From positions 256,001 to 320,000 of the forward strand of contig OZ245003.1 in the NCBI GenBank assembly GCA_965223425.1: a stretch of DNA of 64,000 nt. The letters run 5' to 3'. Shown in pieces: positions 41,475 through 52,362 of the stretch. The stretch's first letter is position 1. Every line of letters starts with the position of its first letter. The position numbers and the translations under genes are program-made. The notes under the pieces are model-generated. The model saw only the letters and a list, made by a program, of their open reading frames with translations. It was not told the DNA's origin and did no database searches. The stretch is from Nitrosopumilus sp. Lineage in GTDB: Archaea > Thermoproteota > Nitrososphaeria > Nitrososphaerales > Nitrosopumilaceae.

Positions 41475-43412
41475 ATGGTTAAGAAGGCAGACATAACTCC
41501 AGATAAATCCCTGATTCAAAAACTTGGATTGACAGGATACAGAACAGAACAAGCAATTGCAGAATTATTAGATAATTCAATTGATGCCAGAATTTCAAAT
41601 AAAGTAGAAGAAATTACAGTGCAATTAAGCCCAGAAGAAAAAATGATTCGTGTTACCGATAACGGTTGTGGAATGAATGATAAAGATTTAATCAATGCAA
41701 TGACCATTGCCAAGGGAACAAAATCAGCAGGAAAGTTAGGACAATTTGGAATGGGAATGAAAAGTGCGTGTTCTGCACTGGGGAAAAACTTTATCATAGC
41801 TACATCAGAAACTGATTCAGATAAAGAATATCAAATAGAATATGATGAAGACAGATGGTTATCAGATGAATCAAAAAATTGGCAAAATTTTGAGATATCT
41901 GAAAAAACATTGAACAACAAAGAGCAATGGCATGGAACAATAATCACAATTAAAAAACTAAGGGTACCAATATATCCAAATCAAGTATCAAAATTCAAAG
42001 AAAGTTTTGGAATACGTTATGCACCATATTTAGAATCAAATCAAATTTTCATACAAATCAATACTGTATTTTGTAAACCAGAAAAACCAGAGATGATAAA
42101 GGAAAGCATGACAAAAGTCAGAATAAAGCTATCAAGAGAGAATAAAATTTGTGGACATGTTGCATTATTGAAAAAAAGATCCATAAAAGGACACTATGGA
42201 ATTCATTTACTTAAAAATGGAAGGCTAATCAAAGCACATGAAAAATTTGGATTTTCTGCACATCCAGAAAATGCAAAAATAATCGGAGAATTGAATTTGG
42301 ATCATGTTCCAGTTAATTTCAACAAGAGTGAATTCATTAAGGAAAGTTCAGAATACCGAGAGGTTCTTGAAGCATTTAAGGCATCCCCCGAGTTAAAAGA
42401 AGCACTACATCAATCCCAATCTAAAAAAGAGATTACCGCATCAGTAGAATCAGTCTTTGACTATTTTAATGATTTTAATGAAAAATCATCATCACACCAA
42501 CAATATTATCTGGATGGAAGTGTGCGCTCAAAAATTGCAGTAGATATTTTGAACAAGACACCAAAACTAGGCACAAAAATAGGCAACAATCCGGTAGAAA
42601 TACGCTTGGAATCTATGGAAAACGCCCCACTTTATGTTACAAGTAAGAATGATTCGGGGATTGTGATCGCAATTAACAAAGGTCATAACGCGTTCAGGTT
42701 TGTAAAAAATCCATTATTTTTAATTGGTATGATAGCGTCAGAGGTCAAACTTCTTGCAATGAATTCGGATTTTGACAACATCATGCAACAAAGAAACCAA
42801 AGCTTTGATAAATTTATGCAAGAATGGTCCAAAAAACCAGTCAAAAAGGAGGAGGATTTCAGAGACAGGGAGATCAAATTGCCCAACATATCAAATTACA
42901 AGCTAGTTGATGAATTATTTGGACTGCACGATTATCTCAAAGAAAAAATAGGATTCAAATTCCAATTTACTGCACTATCAACATTGGCAACATATCTGCA
43001 TAATTTGCGCGGAAAGATCGTATATGCAATATATACAGAATCACAAAAAGGGGAATATCTTGCTGACATATTAAGCGAAGAATTTGGAAGCAAATTCACT
43101 ATTATACACAAACCGGATCTTAACACACTAAATGCACTATTAAAAATTTCAACAACAAATAGAATTATTGCAATAAGAGAGTATTCGGTAATCAAGGGAT
43201 CAACTATTGCAACTCCTGAAAAGGCTTATCTTGATTTGCTAAATGAAGTAGTTACCCACTATATACCCTTAGATAAAACAGAGCTCAGACGAATATTTTC
43301 AACTATGCAAAGATATAATCTCATAGACTATAAAAAATTAAGAACATATTCCAACTTTATCAAGAAAACAAATACACTTGAAAACATATTGGGGGATAAA
43401 TTACAATGGTAG
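41475..43412 (+). CDS. MORC/GHKL-type ATPase with a C-terminal AbiEi-like domain
   Basis: AIAELLDNSIDA, DNGCGM, GQFGMGMKSA, HGT; C-terminal IATPEKAYLDLL. Confidence 0.8.
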   Translation: MVKKADITPDKSLIQKLGLTGYRTEQAIAELLDNSIDARISNKVEEITVQLSPEEKMIRVTDNGCGMNDKDLINAMTIAKGTKSAGKLGQFGMGMKSACSALGKNFIIATSETDSDKEYQIEYDEDRWLSDESKNWQNFEISEKTLNNKEQWHGTIITIKKLRVPIYPNQVSKFKESFGIRYAPYLESNQIFIQINTVFCKPEKPEMIKESMTKVRIKLSRENKICGHVALLKKRSIKGHYGIHLLKNGRLIKAHEKFGFSAHPENAKIIGELNLDHVPVNFNKSEFIKESSEYREVLEAFKASPELKEALHQSQSKKEITASVESVFDYFNDFNEKSSSHQQYYLDGSVRSKIAVDILNKTPKLGTKIGNNPVEIRLESMENAPLYVTSKNDSGIVIAINKGHNAFRFVKNPLFLIGMIASEVKLLAMNSDFDNIMQQRNQSFDKFMQEWSKKPVKKEEDFRDREIKLPNISNYKLVDELFGLHDYLKEKIGFKFQFTALSTLATYLHNLRGKIVYAIYTESQKGEYLADILSEEFGSKFTIIHKPDLNTLNALLKISTTNRIIAIREYSVIKGSTIATPEKAYLDLLNEVVTHYIPLDKTELRRIFSTMQRYNLIDYKKLRTYSNFIKKTNTLENILGDKLQW

Positions 43413-44554
43413 ACCTTTACTTTAAAGACCAGCTAGATCCAAACAACATAAAACGAATCCAAAAAGAAAATAATTTTCAAAAACCATACCCTGTAGAACA
43501 GTTCATTATGGATTTTGAAGCATTTGTCCACATTAAGGAGAAATTACCAGATTGTGTGGTCAAAGGAGGAATGGCCGTACCTTTCCACATACAAGACAAA
43601 GAATTACGCAGATTAAGTGTAGATATAGACATAGTGACAAGTCATTCACGAGATCAGGTCATATTCGCTATGACTGAGGTTAGAGAAAAACTCAAGGGAA
43701 AGATAACCATCCCAGAAAATCATGTTCCTACAACAGAAAAAGAAGGCAAACGCCTGCCTTTGCTGACATATTATTGCGATTACAAGTCAAATTTTCAAGA
43801 AAATGCAGAAATCAAAATAGAAATTTTTTACGGTAACGATCTAAGCGTAAAAACAAAAGAAATTTCTAAATCAGAAGAAATTGTTGGTTTTAACATAGAT
43901 TTTCCAATCACAATATATGATCATGGATCTTTGATTGGAGATAAAATTACCACATTACCATTTAACACGATAGGAATAAAGCCAGAAAGAGAATTAGATG
44001 TTCCAAAACAAATCTATGACATTGGTAATTTGATCAATTCCATATCAGAACAAGTCCCGACACAAGAAATTATTAATGCATTTAAAAAAATTTCACATGA
44101 AGAAATGTCTTATTATGTCAATGAACCTCCCTCTTTTACAGAAATCTTGGATGATTTAGTTTCATTTCCAGATCAACTACTCATTATAGAAAAAGACAGA
44201 TTAAAACTAAATCTTTCATATCATGGGAGATTTCTCAAATTTACAACTGAATTGCTGGGCAAAGCACAATACAAAGAACATACTCATCTTGCAGATATTT
44301 TACTGATAAAAATAATGGGAATGTTGATACGTAAACATTTCAACGAAGGAATGAAAATAAAAATCATTAATGAAAAAATTAATGAAATCACTAGTGAACG
44401 AAATAGAATTTTGTCATTAGAACCAAAGGCACAAACTAGGGAATTACGTAGTATTGTTGGAAGACGAGGAGCAAGCTCAAAGGAAGGGAAAATTATCAAA
44501 AACATGTTTCCAGTACAAGCATATTTGTATGATAAAATATTGGAACTAGAATGA
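43406..44554 (+). CDS. AbiEii/AbiGii-family nucleotidyltransferase toxin
   Basis: VKGGMA...RRLSVDIDI, KIEI, DK, KQIYDI; overlaps the upstream stop. Confidence 0.85.
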   Translation: MVDLYFKDQLDPNNIKRIQKENNFQKPYPVEQFIMDFEAFVHIKEKLPDCVVKGGMAVPFHIQDKELRRLSVDIDIVTSHSRDQVIFAMTEVREKLKGKITIPENHVPTTEKEGKRLPLLTYYCDYKSNFQENAEIKIEIFYGNDLSVKTKEISKSEEIVGFNIDFPITIYDHGSLIGDKITTLPFNTIGIKPERELDVPKQIYDIGNLINSISEQVPTQEIINAFKKISHEEMSYYVNEPPSFTEILDDLVSFPDQLLIIEKDRLKLNLSYHGRFLKFTTELLGKAQYKEHTHLADILLIKIMGMLIRKHFNEGMKIKIINEKINEITSERNRILSLEPKAQTRELRSIVGRRGASSKEGKIIKNMFPVQAYLYDKILELE

Positions 44555-44635
44555 GGTCCAGAGGCATCAAAATTAGACAAGGTAGAAATATACTCATAAT
44601 GGTTACAGCCACACCAGTAATTCCAACTATAATTC

Positions 44636-45022
44636 CTACTTTTCCAGCTTTGGATATGTGCATGCTTCCAATTTGAATATTGACTTCATTAGATTTTTTT
44701 GTTTTGAAATTAAATTTGAATTAATTCTCTTTTTGTATCTTGAATCTAATAATCCAATCCGCTTCACACTATTTTTTAAACTAGTTTCACCTTCTCCAGA
44801 AGGTTTTGTGTTATAGTAATAACAAATCATTTCAAGTTGTTCCTGATCAAGAAAATCTAATAGCTCATAATTATCTCTATTATGTTCTTTCCAGTTGTTT
44901 GTAATTCTAGTTACCAATTGAGATTTATTGCCTGAAACGGGTTCTCCAATATCACATAATACATCTTTTAAATCATCAACTGAAAAATATTCTTGAAGTA
45001 GTTTTTTTATTGATAAACTCAT
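44636..45022 (-). CDS. SAP-domain protein, probably frameshifted before a C-terminal TM segment
   Basis: SVDDLKDVLCDIGEPVSGNKSQLVTRI; a hydrophobic GIIVGITGVAVTIMSIFL follows in another frame. Confidence 0.6.
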   Translation of the reverse strand: MSLSIKKLLQEYFSVDDLKDVLCDIGEPVSGNKSQLVTRITNNWKEHNRDNYELLDFLDQEQLEMICYYYNTKPSGEGETSLKNSVKRIGLLDSRYKKRINSNLISKQKNLMKSIFKLEACTYPKLEK

Positions 45023-45032
45023 TAGCAACTCC

Positions 45033-46013
45033 CTATCTATCAGACAAAGCCCCAACCAATAACGCTAAAAGACCTAATCCAATCAAACCTCCAACAGCTG
45101 CACCAGTAGCATTTGGTTGTTGTACATTGTTTATGGCAGTCATAATTTTTGTAAAAATAACATCTGTTGGTTCAGATAATGAAAATTCAGTCCATTCATA
45201 ATTGGAATTAATTTGAACGGTTTTATCTTTGAGTAAAATTCTAGACTTGTTTGATTGTATTGCATAATCTATTTCCCACCTTACCCAATCCTACATTAAT
45301 GCAGAATGAGTAAGAATTGCAATGAAAATATTACTTGAATTAATCATTTGTTTAAATTTATCAGGCAAGTATGATCCAGGCTGTTCTTCATCTTCGCCTA
45401 TCAAAACTTTAATTCCTTCTACATCGAGTTTCTTTTCTAATTCACGAACTAGATATTCATCTTGGATACTATGTGAAAGAAATATTGATAGTCCTTTATC
45501 GGGTTTTTTAATATGAATGATTAAGGGATGAATCCAGTGAATAGTAAGAGATTGGTTTTCATAATTCTGCACTGGTAAATACTGTCCCTCAACTCCAAAA
45601 GTTAATTCATATTCTCCAAGACTAGTATCTGAGGGCACATCCAATACCACTGAGATGAATTTTGATTGCCCTGGCTTTTCTAGATCATTGAATGTTTGAC
45701 AAACCCACTTGTTTTCATGTACTGTCCATTCTGGTTGTACACCAGGATTAACAACGTAAAAATCACGATTAGCGTCATTCCTAAAAGAGAAACTTACTCT
45801 TATCGTACTTCCAGGCATTATTTGTGGCTGACTCTGCCCATTTATCAAAATATTTTCAAAAGTCCATTCATGAGGCTTGATATCATCTTCTACAGTACGG
45901 ACATTATCATAGACTTTGTAGACTGTACTTTTCTTAAAACCATGATCTCGAACAAGTGTTTTTGGTTCATAGCCTTGAAGCAGCATGGTTCTAATTTTTT
46001 CTTCTACTCCCAT
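45033..46013 (-). pseudogene. HTH + Ig-like + TIR + C-terminal TM protein with one in-frame TAG (45291-45293)
   Basis: IFLSHS..D...FIAILTHSALM*DWVRWEIDYA...GAAVGGLIGLGLLALLVGAL. Confidence 0.8.
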
Positions 46014-46036
46014 AACGATAATTTACAATTTTTCCT

Positions 46037-46939
46037 GGTGATTGTAAACCTATTACCACCAACTAATTTCACATAATTATTGAGAAAAACAATCAATCTA
46101 ATCGAATTATCCAAAGTAATTTACAACAAATCCACTGCATTGGAATTTCTATGCAGACAATTCCAAAAGAAAAACACAATTCATTGCACATCATGTGATT
46201 CCAAAAACTACTACATCATCTCAAGAGGAAAGCTAAGATGCAAGGGTTGCAAAACAGACTACAGGCCATTTGGTGGAACGTGGCTTGGCATCATCAACAT
46301 TGATTTTACAAAATGGTCGGTTCTAGTCAAACTCTTTGATCTTGGGATTAGTGCAAGACGTGCAGCAAGAGAAGCAGATGTCACTATCCAACTGCGCTAA
46401 ATGCATTTGATTGTATCAGGTATTCCACTGTACCATCTTGCAAAATCAGACAAGAGACTAAGGGGCAAAATTGAGGCTGACGGGGCGTATTTTGGGGGCA
46501 GAAGAAAGGGAAATCGTGGACGTGGTGCCAAAAACAAGACAATTGTATTTGGAATACTGGAGAGAAAAGGAAAGGTTCACGTTGAGATTGTCACTAATGT
46601 GAAAGCCAAAACATTGCTTGCCGGAACCATCAAGAAAGCAAGGAAAGGAAGCATTGTGTATACGGACAAGTGGAAAGGTTATGACTCATTGATGTTTCAT
46701 GGATATCGTCGCTTGTCAGTTGACCACAGTAAGACGTTTGGAAAAGGCGATGTGTACATCAATGGGATCGAAGGTTTTTGGAGTTTTGCAAAAGAGAGAA
46801 TGGCAAAGCATCACGGCGTTAGTTCTGAAAAGTTTCTGTTGTACATCAAGGAGATGGAATGGAGATACAACAACAGAGATGAGGATACCTTCTCATTATT
46901 GCCTGATTATGTGTTAGTGGTGAATAATTGATAATCACC
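46037..46939 (+). mobile_element. IS1595-family element, frameshifted
   Basis: ggtgatt...aatcacc ends; CTSC/CKGC, EADGAYFGG, VYTDKW, INGIEGFW, EMEWRYN. Confidence 0.88.
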
Positions 46940-47107
46940 TTTTTCTATACATCTACTTGAAAATCTGGTTTGATATTCCAACTCCAAAACAATTGTGTAT
47001 ACGCGGTTGGGATTTTATCTCAAAACTGGGATTATGCTTTGTCCACACATCCAAGCAATAATTATATGCGCCTTGCACCCACACCCGACATTGACCTACG
47101 GTAATCT
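46940..47107. repeat. ~170-bp direct repeat, copy 2
   Basis: See 37068-37238. Confidence 0.95.
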
Positions 47108-47140
47108 TTCGGGGGGGGGGGCAAAGCGACCCGGTCTGCA

Positions 47141-48049
47141 ATGGAGTTCAGCCTCATAGTAGCCATACGCGACACACCGCGGGAGCGCAGGTTCGTCGAG
47201 AGATCCCTTCGCGCTGCCGTGGCGCTTCGGCCTACCGAGACTATAATAGGCGTAGACAAGCCGACCGATTCAGGGTTTTTAGACATCATAGAGACTGCAT
47301 CGTCCGGGCACGCAAACGCGCACACAGTAAAAGTCGAACGTTCCGGTGAGTGGAAGATGCGTTTGGCACACGTATTACACGAGTGCATCAAGGCCGCATC
47401 ACATGAAAAGATACTGTTGTACAATATAGACTCCATACTCCAAAGGCGTATGTTAGGCGGATATGACCGAGTCGGCCCCCAGACGCCGATGATCATGTAT
47501 CAAGAAAGACGGCCCGTCAGGACGCTGCGCGATCTCATAACCGGCATCATATACAGGACAAACCAGATCATCCGACCTCCTAATACCGGCACGTACTGGA
47601 TATACAGGAGGTCATACTTTGACCATGTGGATTTTGCGAAGTTGCGCAGCGTCTACAATGGCTGTGACACAATATTGATCGAGCAGTTCCAGTCAAAGGG
47701 AAAAGACACGGTGGCAGAATCTACCATAGGTGCCAACAGCTTGGACTACAACAACAACGACATACCTTGGAGGCAGTTTGCAAACGGCGTATGGTACGGG
47801 GCAAACCCAGATAAGCTTACAGGGTATTTCGCCGGCAGTCCGAACTTTAAGATCCGCGTAAAGTCCATACTACTAGACATGCCATACCTGTACCGCGGCT
47901 TTACGTGGGCTAGGAAGAACCCAAATCATCCAACCGTAAAGGATGCCAGATCCAAGGCCTTCCTCGATTTTATCTATCAAGGTTCAAACCCCGTAAAGGA
48001 CATACTGGACTGGAAGAAGATAGGAAAGCTGGGCACTGGATACACATAG
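47141..48049 (+). CDS. Divergent GT-A fold glycosyltransferase-like protein
   Basis: N-terminal FSLIVAIR...IIGVD...ILLYNIDS pattern; glycan gene context. Confidence 0.55.
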   Translation: MEFSLIVAIRDTPRERRFVERSLRAAVALRPTETIIGVDKPTDSGFLDIIETASSGHANAHTVKVERSGEWKMRLAHVLHECIKAASHEKILLYNIDSILQRRMLGGYDRVGPQTPMIMYQERRPVRTLRDLITGIIYRTNQIIRPPNTGTYWIYRRSYFDHVDFAKLRSVYNGCDTILIEQFQSKGKDTVAESTIGANSLDYNNNDIPWRQFANGVWYGANPDKLTGYFAGSPNFKIRVKSILLDMPYLYRGFTWARKNPNHPTVKDARSKAFLDFIYQGSNPVKDILDWKKIGKLGTGYT

Positions 48050-48179
48050 GACAAAATGCCCTGGTGTGTTTGTTTGCATTTCTGATCTTTGCAGTACCGG
48101 CTCTGTTTTCTGAACCAGAACCATTCTTATCATCTAATTTCCTTGATTGAGGCACATAAGATTACGATTACTAGTACGT

Positions 48180-49424
48180 TCACTGTCTTCCCAGATGGTG
48201 TATGGTGATTCCATTTTTGGGTTTTACGTATCCGAACGGATCTATGATAACGCTGCCCTCGGGGTAGTCAAAGTCCTGAAAATAGTCATGTTTGGTACCT
48301 ACAAAGAAGATCGCCGGCTCCCTGATTAGTCCTGCTAGTCCGTCGATCCCGTCCACGTGAGGATCCCATATGGTCACATGCACACCGGCGTCTTTGAGCT
48401 CGTTGTACAGCCGTACAGATGGGCTTCCCAGTGTGAGGTTGGTCTCCGGCTTGTAGGACTTGCCGAGTATCACCTTTGGCATGTCGTAGGATTTTATCAT
48501 GTCTGCAAACCACTCTATGTGGTGCTCGCGTACCACCATGCTCTCCGTGTATATGTCATTTGACAGCTCGTGGCGTTTTGCAAGGTCTGCCAGCGCTATG
48601 TTGTCACGCGGGTGGCATCCGCCTCCATCCGGCATGCCTCCTTTCATGTATGCCGGGCTGATTATGCGCTTTTTGCAGTCGGATAGTGCATCGATCACCA
48701 CGTCCACGTCGGCTCCAAGATCCTTCATCTTGTGGCACACCTCCATGAGGTTGTTGGCAAAGTTGATCTTCATGGTTATGTAGGTGTTGTAGTTGATCTT
48801 GACCAGCTCGGCGTTGACTATGCTCATCTCATGGAACGGCGCGCCTGTTATGGTACTGTAAAACTCCTTTGTCTTCTCCACCGCCTGCTTGTCGTCCACC
48901 CCAAACAGGACTATCTCGGGGTTCAGAAAGTCGTGCACTGTCGTCCCCATCGCTATGAAGAACGGGTTGTAGCCCAGCTTTACATGCGGCGAAAGCAACG
49001 GCTTTATCTCCCGGTCTATAGTGCCCGGTAACACCGTCGATATTATTATGATTATTCTGTCCTGTCCCATCTTGTCCAACTCATCCGATATGGCCTTGCA
49101 GGCAGATTTTAGGTACTCGTAGTTAAAGTCGGCCGTGGTAGGCGGTAGCTTCGTGACTCCCTCGTATAGCGGATCATGCGGCGTCTGCACCGGCACGAAG
49201 ACCATCTCGGATCTCTCTAGTACGTCCCTTAGCTGGAGCACCTGCAACCTTGTATTTTTTAGCAGCTCAGATACCCCAGCCTCAAGATAGGGTATGCTAC
49301 CTGACTCGATGTATTCCTTGATTTTTGGGTTTATGTCATAGCCATTCACGGTGTGTCCCTTGGATTCTATTGCCAATGCGGAGGGAAGGCCGAGCTTACC
49401 AAGTCCTACAAAACCTATATTCAC
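48180..49424 (-). CDS. UDP-glucose/GDP-mannose dehydrogenase family
   Basis: GLGKLG, VQTP, STVLPGT, NPFF, AELVK, GGGCHPRD. Confidence 0.9.
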   Translation of the reverse strand: MNIGFVGLGKLGLPSALAIESKGHTVNGYDINPKIKEYIESGSIPYLEAGVSELLKNTRLQVLQLRDVLERSEMVFVPVQTPHDPLYEGVTKLPPTTADFNYEYLKSACKAISDELDKMGQDRIIIIISTVLPGTIDREIKPLLSPHVKLGYNPFFIAMGTTVHDFLNPEIVLFGVDDKQAVEKTKEFYSTITGAPFHEMSIVNAELVKINYNTYITMKINFANNLMEVCHKMKDLGADVDVVIDALSDCKKRIISPAYMKGGMPDGGGCHPRDNIALADLAKRHELSNDIYTESMVVREHHIEWFADMIKSYDMPKVILGKSYKPETNLTLGSPSVRLYNELKDAGVHVTIWDPHVDGIDGLAGLIREPAIFFVGTKHDYFQDFDYPEGSVIIDPFGYVKPKNGITIHHLGRQ

Positions 49425-49516
49425 AGAGCGTATCCGCGTATTGAAGTATAAAGATTTAACGTGCTATAGGGTGTTGTATACGATCATGAAGATCCCACCA
49501 AACTTCTTGCGTGCAG

Positions 49517-50851
49517 TTAGTCGCCCAGGCCCATGGCCATAAAACCAGTCCCCTGAAACTCCTTTGCGTCAAGTGCCCTCTTGGCATCTATGACTTTGCA
49601 TGACCCCATCTGCTCCAAAAAATCGCGTGGCCTCAGGCCCTTATACTCGTCCCAGTCAGTCAAAATCACGCAGCAGTCAGAGCCTTCAAGGCACTGGCTT
49701 GCAGAGGGACAGTACGAGACCCTTGTGCCAAAGATCCGCTTAAAATTCTCCATTGCTATGGGGTCGTGAACCCTGACGTTGAGCCCGTGCTGTAGCAACC
49801 TCTCCACCAGTCTCACAGAGACGGCCTCCCTTATGTCGTCTGTGCCTGCCTTGAACGCCAGCCCTAGAACGGCCACGGTCTTGCCTTCTTTCAGAGCGCC
49901 TTGCCTGTCCACCATGTCAATCACCGCCATCAACTGTCTCTCGTTTATTGTCCGTACAGCCCTGAAGAAGTCGGGGCTTGCACCGACCTCCTGCGATACA
50001 CCGATAAGTCCGGACAGATCCTTTGGTAGACAGCTGCCTCCAAAACCTGGCCCTGCCTTGAGGAACAGCGACCCTATGCGGGGATCCTTACCGATCGCGT
50101 GCGCCACCGTCTCCACGTCGACACCAGGTATGCGTTGACACAGCGCACCTATGGAATTGATGAAGCTTATCTTTGTGGCAAGAAATGCGTTGTTTGCGTA
50201 CTTTATTATCTCTGCTGTGACTATGTCTGTGTGCATCATCTCCGTCTGTGTCCCGTAAAAATCCATACAGTACTCCTCCATTGCGCGCCGCCCCTGTTCA
50301 CCGTTGGAGCCTATCACGACCAAATGCGGCCTCAGGACATCGGCAATGGCCGATCCCTCCCTGAGAAACTCTGGATTCACCACCACATCCATCCGTCCAT
50401 CATCGATCAACTCCCCAAATGCGGGCAGTATCACCGTCTGTGCAGTCAGTGGCGGAAGAGTGCTTTTTACCGCCACCAAGTGGAATGTCTTCTTGTCCCT
50501 TAGCGACAGGGCAATCTGCCCTATCGCGTTTCTGACACACGACAGATCCACCTCATCCTCCCCACCACTATTCTGAGGTGTCCCGACTGCGAGGAACGTG
50601 ATCTCGGAGCTACGTACGGCATCATCAAGGTCGGTCGTAAAGCGGATCATGTTTTGTTTTATAGAGTCTGCCAGCATCACCTCCAAGTCTGGCTCGAAGA
50701 AGCCCGGCTTGCCCTCCTTCAAACAGTCTATCCTCCGGACATCCGTGTCTACGCCAACCGTCTCAAATCCGGCCTTTGCGTTGGCAACTGCCAGGGACAG
50801 ACCCACAAAGCCCATGCCCATCACCGATATCCTGCACCTTGGCTTGGTCAT
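49517..50851 (-). CDS. ugd: UDP-glucose 6-dehydrogenase
   Basis: GMGFVG, NPEFLREG, AEIIKYANNAFLA, GFGGSCLPKD. Confidence 0.93.
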   Translation of the reverse strand: MTKPRCRISVMGMGFVGLSLAVANAKAGFETVGVDTDVRRIDCLKEGKPGFFEPDLEVMLADSIKQNMIRFTTDLDDAVRSSEITFLAVGTPQNSGGEDEVDLSCVRNAIGQIALSLRDKKTFHLVAVKSTLPPLTAQTVILPAFGELIDDGRMDVVVNPEFLREGSAIADVLRPHLVVIGSNGEQGRRAMEEYCMDFYGTQTEMMHTDIVTAEIIKYANNAFLATKISFINSIGALCQRIPGVDVETVAHAIGKDPRIGSLFLKAGPGFGGSCLPKDLSGLIGVSQEVGASPDFFRAVRTINERQLMAVIDMVDRQGALKEGKTVAVLGLAFKAGTDDIREAVSVRLVERLLQHGLNVRVHDPIAMENFKRIFGTRVSYCPSASQCLEGSDCCVILTDWDEYKGLRPRDFLEQMGSCKVIDAKRALDAKEFQGTGFMAMGLGD

Positions 50852-50993
50852 GTTGTCTCCCTCCAGCGCGCTGTTATCTGTCCTGCAAACGATACTTTAT
50901 GTGCTGGTGCGGGATTGCCCACCAAAGATTCCTGCATACAGTAGCACGACACACGTGCAGAAAGCCAAGCTAGAACAGGGGTTGTCACATCGC

Positions 50994-51875
50994 TCATATG
51001 TGTACATTCCTATTTGGGTTCTTGTTTACATTTTCAAACGAGTCTCTAATACACATTGCGTAGCCCTTTGGTGTTCCAACATCTATCCTGCTCTCTCCTT
51101 CTTCCAGCTTCACTGCTATACACTTGCCGTTTGCAACCAGGCATTTTATGGCATCGGTGAGCTGAACTTCGCCGTTTTTGTCAGGGTTGATCTTTTCCAG
51201 CTCGCAAAAGATAGATGGCTTGAAGATGTACGTAGCAATTACTGCCAAGTTTGTCTTTGGTCTTTTGGGTTTCTCTTCTAGGTTCTCCACCCTAACAAGT
51301 CCGTTGCCGATGCTATTACCCTCGACTACCCCGTATTGCTCTGGCCTTTCCGTGTTGTCCACTAGGAACACGACATCTGCATCACATGACACAAACGCAT
51401 TCTTCAGCCTTTTTATGTGGTCGTTGCCAGGCGATAGAATTACGTCATCGCCGGCATGAAGCAGGAAGCTGTTCCCTTCTACAAAGGACTTTGCCTGCAG
51501 AACCGCATCGCCAAAACCGCGCGGCGATGACTGCTGCACATATTCGATGTGGCTTGAACATATCCTTTTGTAAAAGTCCTGCAAGTCACCGTCACCTGTA
51601 TGGTTATCTGCCAAAAAATAATTCTCTATGGACTGCCTGCTACGGCCCACTACAAAACAGAACTCGCGACAACCGTGGTCGTACAGCGACTCGTATACTG
51701 CCTCAAGGATCGGCTTGAGGACAAGGCGGCCGTCGCTTGCTCTTGCGCAGTATGGAAGCATCTCCTTTGATATCACCTTGCTGAACGGCAGTAATCTCGT
51801 TCCGCTTCCAGCAGCCGTAATGACTGCCTTTCTTATCTGATCCACAATTCTTCTATGTATGTGCCCCCCTAACAT
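50994..51875 (-). CDS. Sugar-1-phosphate nucleotidyltransferase (GalU-like)
   Basis: KAVITAAGSGTRLLP..KEMLP, EEKP, GEVQLTDAI. Confidence 0.9.
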   Translation of the reverse strand: MLGGHIHRRIVDQIRKAVITAAGSGTRLLPFSKVISKEMLPYCARASDGRLVLKPILEAVYESLYDHGCREFCFVVGRSRQSIENYFLADNHTGDGDLQDFYKRICSSHIEYVQQSSPRGFGDAVLQAKSFVEGNSFLLHAGDDVILSPGNDHIKRLKNAFVSCDADVVFLVDNTERPEQYGVVEGNSIGNGLVRVENLEEKPKRPKTNLAVIATYIFKPSIFCELEKINPDKNGEVQLTDAIKCLVANGKCIAVKLEEGESRIDVGTPKGYAMCIRDSFENVNKNPNRNVHI

Positions 51876-51972
51876 ATCTTGTCCTTGGATCGCGCCACGT
51901 ATTGTACAAATAGTTCCAGTATGATTTGTCTTCCACGAACTTTGTCATCTGGTTAATTCTGGATCCAATCCG

Positions 51973-52362
51973 TTATGGCCTGTGCCACATGGATTGAATT
52001 TCCAAAATGATCAGTTTGGAGAGTTCTCTGGTCTTATAATCAATCGCATATGTTATGCCAAGATATACAGCGCAGCAGAGCATCAATTCTAAAATTAGAT
52101 TTGGCAAGTAATGAAATATGCTGGTCTCAAACGTAACAATATGTTCATTTGTAAATACAAACGTGATAATCAGGCCCATGCCACCAAGCAAGTATTTTGA
52201 TATAGCCATGTATGGTATTTGAAATTGCGTGTGTCGCCTTACTAAAAGACCCAGATATATTAAAAATGGAATAGACAGCGTACATGAGATCATCGACCAG
52301 ATAGTGACTAGTTCTATATCAGATAAGCCTCGGAAAATGTATAAAGATACAGATAGGATTGC
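51973..52362 (-). pseudogene. C-terminal fragment of a multi-TM protein (flippase-like), truncated by IS481
   Basis: Hydrophobic helices; the frame runs into the IS end. Confidence 0.5.

Noticed and set aside
48286-51840. Many overlapping short ORFs in GC-rich stretches
   Set aside because: They are shadow frames of real genes or transposases with no motifs.
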